DNA from: Planctomycetales bacterium
Lineage (GTDB): Bacteria > 4484-113 > JAFGCY01
DNA length: 32,000 nucleotides
Reading direction: 5' to 3'
Assembly (NCBI GenBank): GCA_022646745.1
Contig: CP060262.1
Span: forward strand, 780,001-812,000
In this document: positions 29,549-32,000 of the stretch, piece after piece
Position numbering within the stretch: position 1 is the first letter of the stretch
Layout: each line of letters opens with the position of its first letter
The notes under the pieces: model-generated
Databases searched by the model: none
Seen by the model: only the letters and a program-made list of their open reading frames with translations
Told to the model about the DNA's origin: nothing
Made by a program: the position numbers and the translations under genes

Positions 29549-32000
29549 ATGAGAATCCCGAACACACTGCTGACAAGCAACTACATGGCGGACCTGCAGC
29601 GCGTGCAGCAGGACATGGCCCGGCTGCTGCGCCAGACCAGCACCGGCAAGCTCTACGAGCGGCCGCGTGACAACCCGAGCGCCGTCAGCACCAGCCTCAA
29701 CCTGAGCCGCGTGATCTCCAGCACCACGCAGTACACGCGAAATGTTGACAACGGGCTCGGGAGGCTGAACTTCACCGAGATCACGCTCAGCGAGGTCAAT
29801 ACCCAGATCCAGCGCGTGCGTGAACTGACAGTGCAGGGCAGCTCGACGGTGCTGACCCGCGATGACCGCACGGCGATCGCGCAGGAGATCAACCAGCTGC
29901 TGGAGCATACGGTCACGCTGTCCAACAGCAACTTCAGCGGGCGCTACGTGTTCAGCGGCTTCGAGACCCTGACCGAGAGCTTCCGCATCAACAGCAACAC
30001 ATCCGACGGCTTCACGAACTCCGTCACCTACCAGGGGGACTTCGGCAAGATCGGACGCAACATCGGCATCCAGCGCGACCTCGATGTGAACTTCGACGGG
30101 CATTCGATCTTCCTCGACCATACCTGGCAGGCCCAGGGCCGGCAGATGAGCGGCCAGCCGCTCGGCTACAGCGGCACCTTCGAGATCAACGAACGCCTGA
30201 TCGTCGTCAACCCGGCGGATACGCTGGCGGATGTGGCCCGCAGGATCAACTCGGATACCCTGACCGAGGTCAAGGCTGAGGTCTCAAGTGACTTCCGCCT
30301 GCAGCTGACCAGCCTCAACAGTTCCAAGAGCATCAAGCTGCGCGACCTGGCCGGCACCGTGCTGGAGGACATGGAGATCCTGCCGCAGGGCGCCTTCAAC
30401 AAAGCACAGACCGGTGTCACGCTGCCACTGACGGACAGCACCGGCGCGATCCATGACGGTGGCCCGCTGGTCTATCCGCTCAACCTGACAACCAACCTGC
30501 AGGACATGGTGATCACTCTCGGAGGCGCTGCCAACGATGGCTTCACTGAGACCAAGGCCATCAAGCTGGATGCGGTTACCTACAACAATGCTGCCGAGCT
30601 GGCGGCAGAGATCCAGAAGAAGGCTGACCTGGCCTTCGGCGAAGACAAGCTGATCGTGCGAGACGATGGCCTCGGCGGGATTGACATCGAGACCAATGTA
30701 CAGAACAGCAGCGTGCTGATCGGCGACCTGATGCTGGGCGGCACTGCCCCGGACGGCACGGCTGACACCGCCAGCGCGGTGATCTTCGGCTATGCGGGAC
30801 AGACTGCCGCCGGATTCGCCGGCACGGATGGCAATGACCGCTTCACGATCGACCTCGGACCGGATGCATACATCACCAGGCCCGGCGAGGAGCCGATTGA
30901 CTTAAGCCCGGTGGAGATCAACCTCGATGCCTCCGCCGCCACGCTGCAGGACATCATTGACGATATCAACCGCCAGGTGCTTGACAACAAGTACCTGAGC
31001 GGGCTGGTCAGGGCCGAGGATGACGGTGGGCGGCTGCGCATCGTGACCACGGCAACCGGCACCAAGGTCGGCATCGACGACCTGGTGCTGCGCAACAGCG
31101 TGCCTGGCCCGCCCGTGCTGGCAACGGACACGCTTGGTGGGCTGGGCTTCTACGTTGAAGCGACCACCGGCGAAAGTGCCCCGCCGGTGCCTGCCCAGGT
31201 GCAGAACACACTCGCATGGCCTGCTCCTGGTGTTGGAACAATCATCGGTCCGGGAAATGAGAGCTTCAGCATCGATCTTGGTCCCGGTTCCAGTATCGAC
31301 GGCACTGATCCCGCGCCCGTGACTATCACCCTGCCGGCCGGTGGATTCATCGACGAGAACGACATGGCCGCGAAGATCAACAATCAGATCGCGTTGTCTC
31401 CGATCCTCAAGAACGCCGTGATCGCTGTGGTTGTCAACCGTGGCGGTAGTAATTATGTGGATATCCAGACCACCAATGTCGGCAGTGGAGTGGAGGCATC
31501 AGATCTCACCCTGGCGGATGTGGATGCCGGCATGCTTGCAAACCTGGGACTCGCTGCGCCAACCATTCCCGGCGGTGGCACGCAGCCCGGCATCGGAGAG
31601 ATCACCGAAGCTGACAACATGATCAACACCATGATCCAGCTGCGTGACGAGCTGCTGGGTTACAGTGCGGCCACCAGCCGCCTGAGCGACCTGCATGACG
31701 TGAATGGCGTCAGCTACGACCTTGCGCCGGGCACGGAAATCCGCATCTCCAGCGACGGCACCACCTCCAGCTTCATCGTGCAGCGCTTCAGCACCATGCA
31801 GGACCTGGCGGACGCCATCGAGCAGCAGCTCGGTGTCAGCCTGGAAGTGGAGGTGCAGCGCGACGGCCGCATCCGCGTGTTCAACCCGAACAATACCGTC
31901 GTCAATGACATCAGCATCGAGGCCTATGGCCTGAAGGGCCAGCGCCTGTCGACCTTCGAGGAGCGCATGAGCGGCATCAGCGGGCGGCTGATCTACCGTT
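29549..32000 (+). CDS. flgL: Flagellar hook-associated protein 3 (FlgL), 5' part; unusually long with a repeated central module, and the frame is still open at the window end
   Basis: It is absent from the ORF track because no stop falls within the window. I translated the frame from ATG 29549, 3 nt after the flgK stop, and found no stop in 817 codons. The sequence is MRIPNTLLTSNYMADLQRVQQDMARLLRQTSTGKLYERPRDNPSAVSTSLNLSRVISSTTQYTRNVDNGLGRLNFTEITLSEVNTQIQRVRELTVQGSSTVLTRDDRTAIAQEINQLLEHTVTLSNSNFSGRYVFSGFET, a flagellin-N/FlgL-type N-domain. It is followed by at least 5 divergent modules of about 70-85 aa. Confidence 0.85.
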   Translation, partial: MRIPNTLLTSNYMADLQRVQQDMARLLRQTSTGKLYERPRDNPSAVSTSLNLSRVISSTTQYTRNVDNGLGRLNFTEITLSEVNTQIQRVRELTVQGSSTVLTRDDRTAIAQEINQLLEHTVTLSNSNFSGRYVFSGFETLTESFRINSNTSDGFTNSVTYQGDFGKIGRNIGIQRDLDVNFDGHSIFLDHTWQAQGRQMSGQPLGYSGTFEINERLIVVNPADTLADVARRINSDTLTEVKAEVSSDFRLQLTSLNSSKSIKLRDLAGTVLEDMEILPQGAFNKAQTGVTLPLTDSTGAIHDGGPLVYPLNLTTNLQDMVITLGGAANDGFTETKAIKLDAVTYNNAAELAAEIQKKADLAFGEDKLIVRDDGLGGIDIETNVQNSSVLIGDLMLGGTAPDGTADTASAVIFGYAGQTAAGFAGTDGNDRFTIDLGPDAYITRPGEEPIDLSPVEINLDASAATLQDIIDDINRQVLDNKYLSGLVRAEDDGGRLRIVTTATGTKVGIDDLVLRNSVPGPPVLATDTLGGLGFYVEATTGESAPPVPAQVQNTLAWPAPGVGTIIGPGNESFSIDLGPGSSIDGTDPAPVTITLPAGGFIDENDMAAKINNQIALSPILKNAVIAVVVNRGGSNYVDIQTTNVGSGVEASDLTLADVDAGMLANLGLAAPTIPGGGTQPGIGEITEADNMINTMIQLRDELLGYSAATSRLSDLHDVNGVSYDLAPGTEIRISSDGTTSSFIVQRFSTMQDLADAIEQQLGVSLEVEVQRDGRIRVFNPNNTVVNDISIEAYGLKGQRLSTFEERMSGISGRLIYR

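Overview
This window is a GC-rich stretch of chromosome with strong G/C bias at third codon positions. It appears to come from a flagellated diderm bacterium, but the taxon cannot be determined from sequence alone. I support about 34 protein-coding genes, two of them truncated at the window edges and therefore absent from the ORF track, plus two tRNA-Ala genes. I found no rRNA, CRISPR array, transposase or obvious prophage.

Layout, left to right:
- 1-268: N-terminal fragment of a sensor or chemoreceptor-like gene.
- 778-1185: a lipoprotein made of G-[E/D]-N-P-C pentapeptide repeats.
- 6071 down to 1289, minus strand: a tightly packed string of TPR protein, zinc-ribbon/RDD membrane protein, six-TM membrane protein, TolC-family outer-membrane factor and a MacB/LolD-type ABC ATPase. 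No permease or periplasmic adaptor gene accompanies it.
- 6098-8529: tRNA-Ala(UGC), an orphan CheY-like receiver, and an ECF sigma / anti-sigma pair.
- 8858-12338: tpiA, preceded 2 nt upstream by the stop codon of a degenerate phosphoribosyltransferase-like gene; an XRE-HTH regulator with an S24-like domain lacking the nucleophile serine; and ribD.
- 17816 down to 12909, minus strand: methyltransferase, yqeK, LCP protein with PKD domain, rsfS, tRNA-Ala(GGC) and a secreted poly-Gly protein.
- 17886-25529: a secreted TPR protein, a stand-alone rodA, an FAD oxidoreductase, two unknowns, a TetR-DoxX-like pair and gpmI.
- 25612-26532: a secreted protein with hexapeptide-period beta-helix repeats.
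- 26845-32000: the start of a late flagellar cluster, flgM-flgN-flgK-flgL. Two sigma-28-type promoters are readable in the sequence. flgL is still open after more than 817 codons.

The most unusual items are:
- the incomplete TolC/ABC envelope operon;
- the NPC-repeat Cys/His lipoprotein;
- the secreted beta-helix protein next to flgM;
- the giant modular FlgL;
- the two tRNA-Ala genes wedged inside co-directional protein-gene strings;
- the intergenic hairpin and 9-bp-periodic inverted-repeat elements.

All product calls rest on motif-level recognition by eye. No database search was run.
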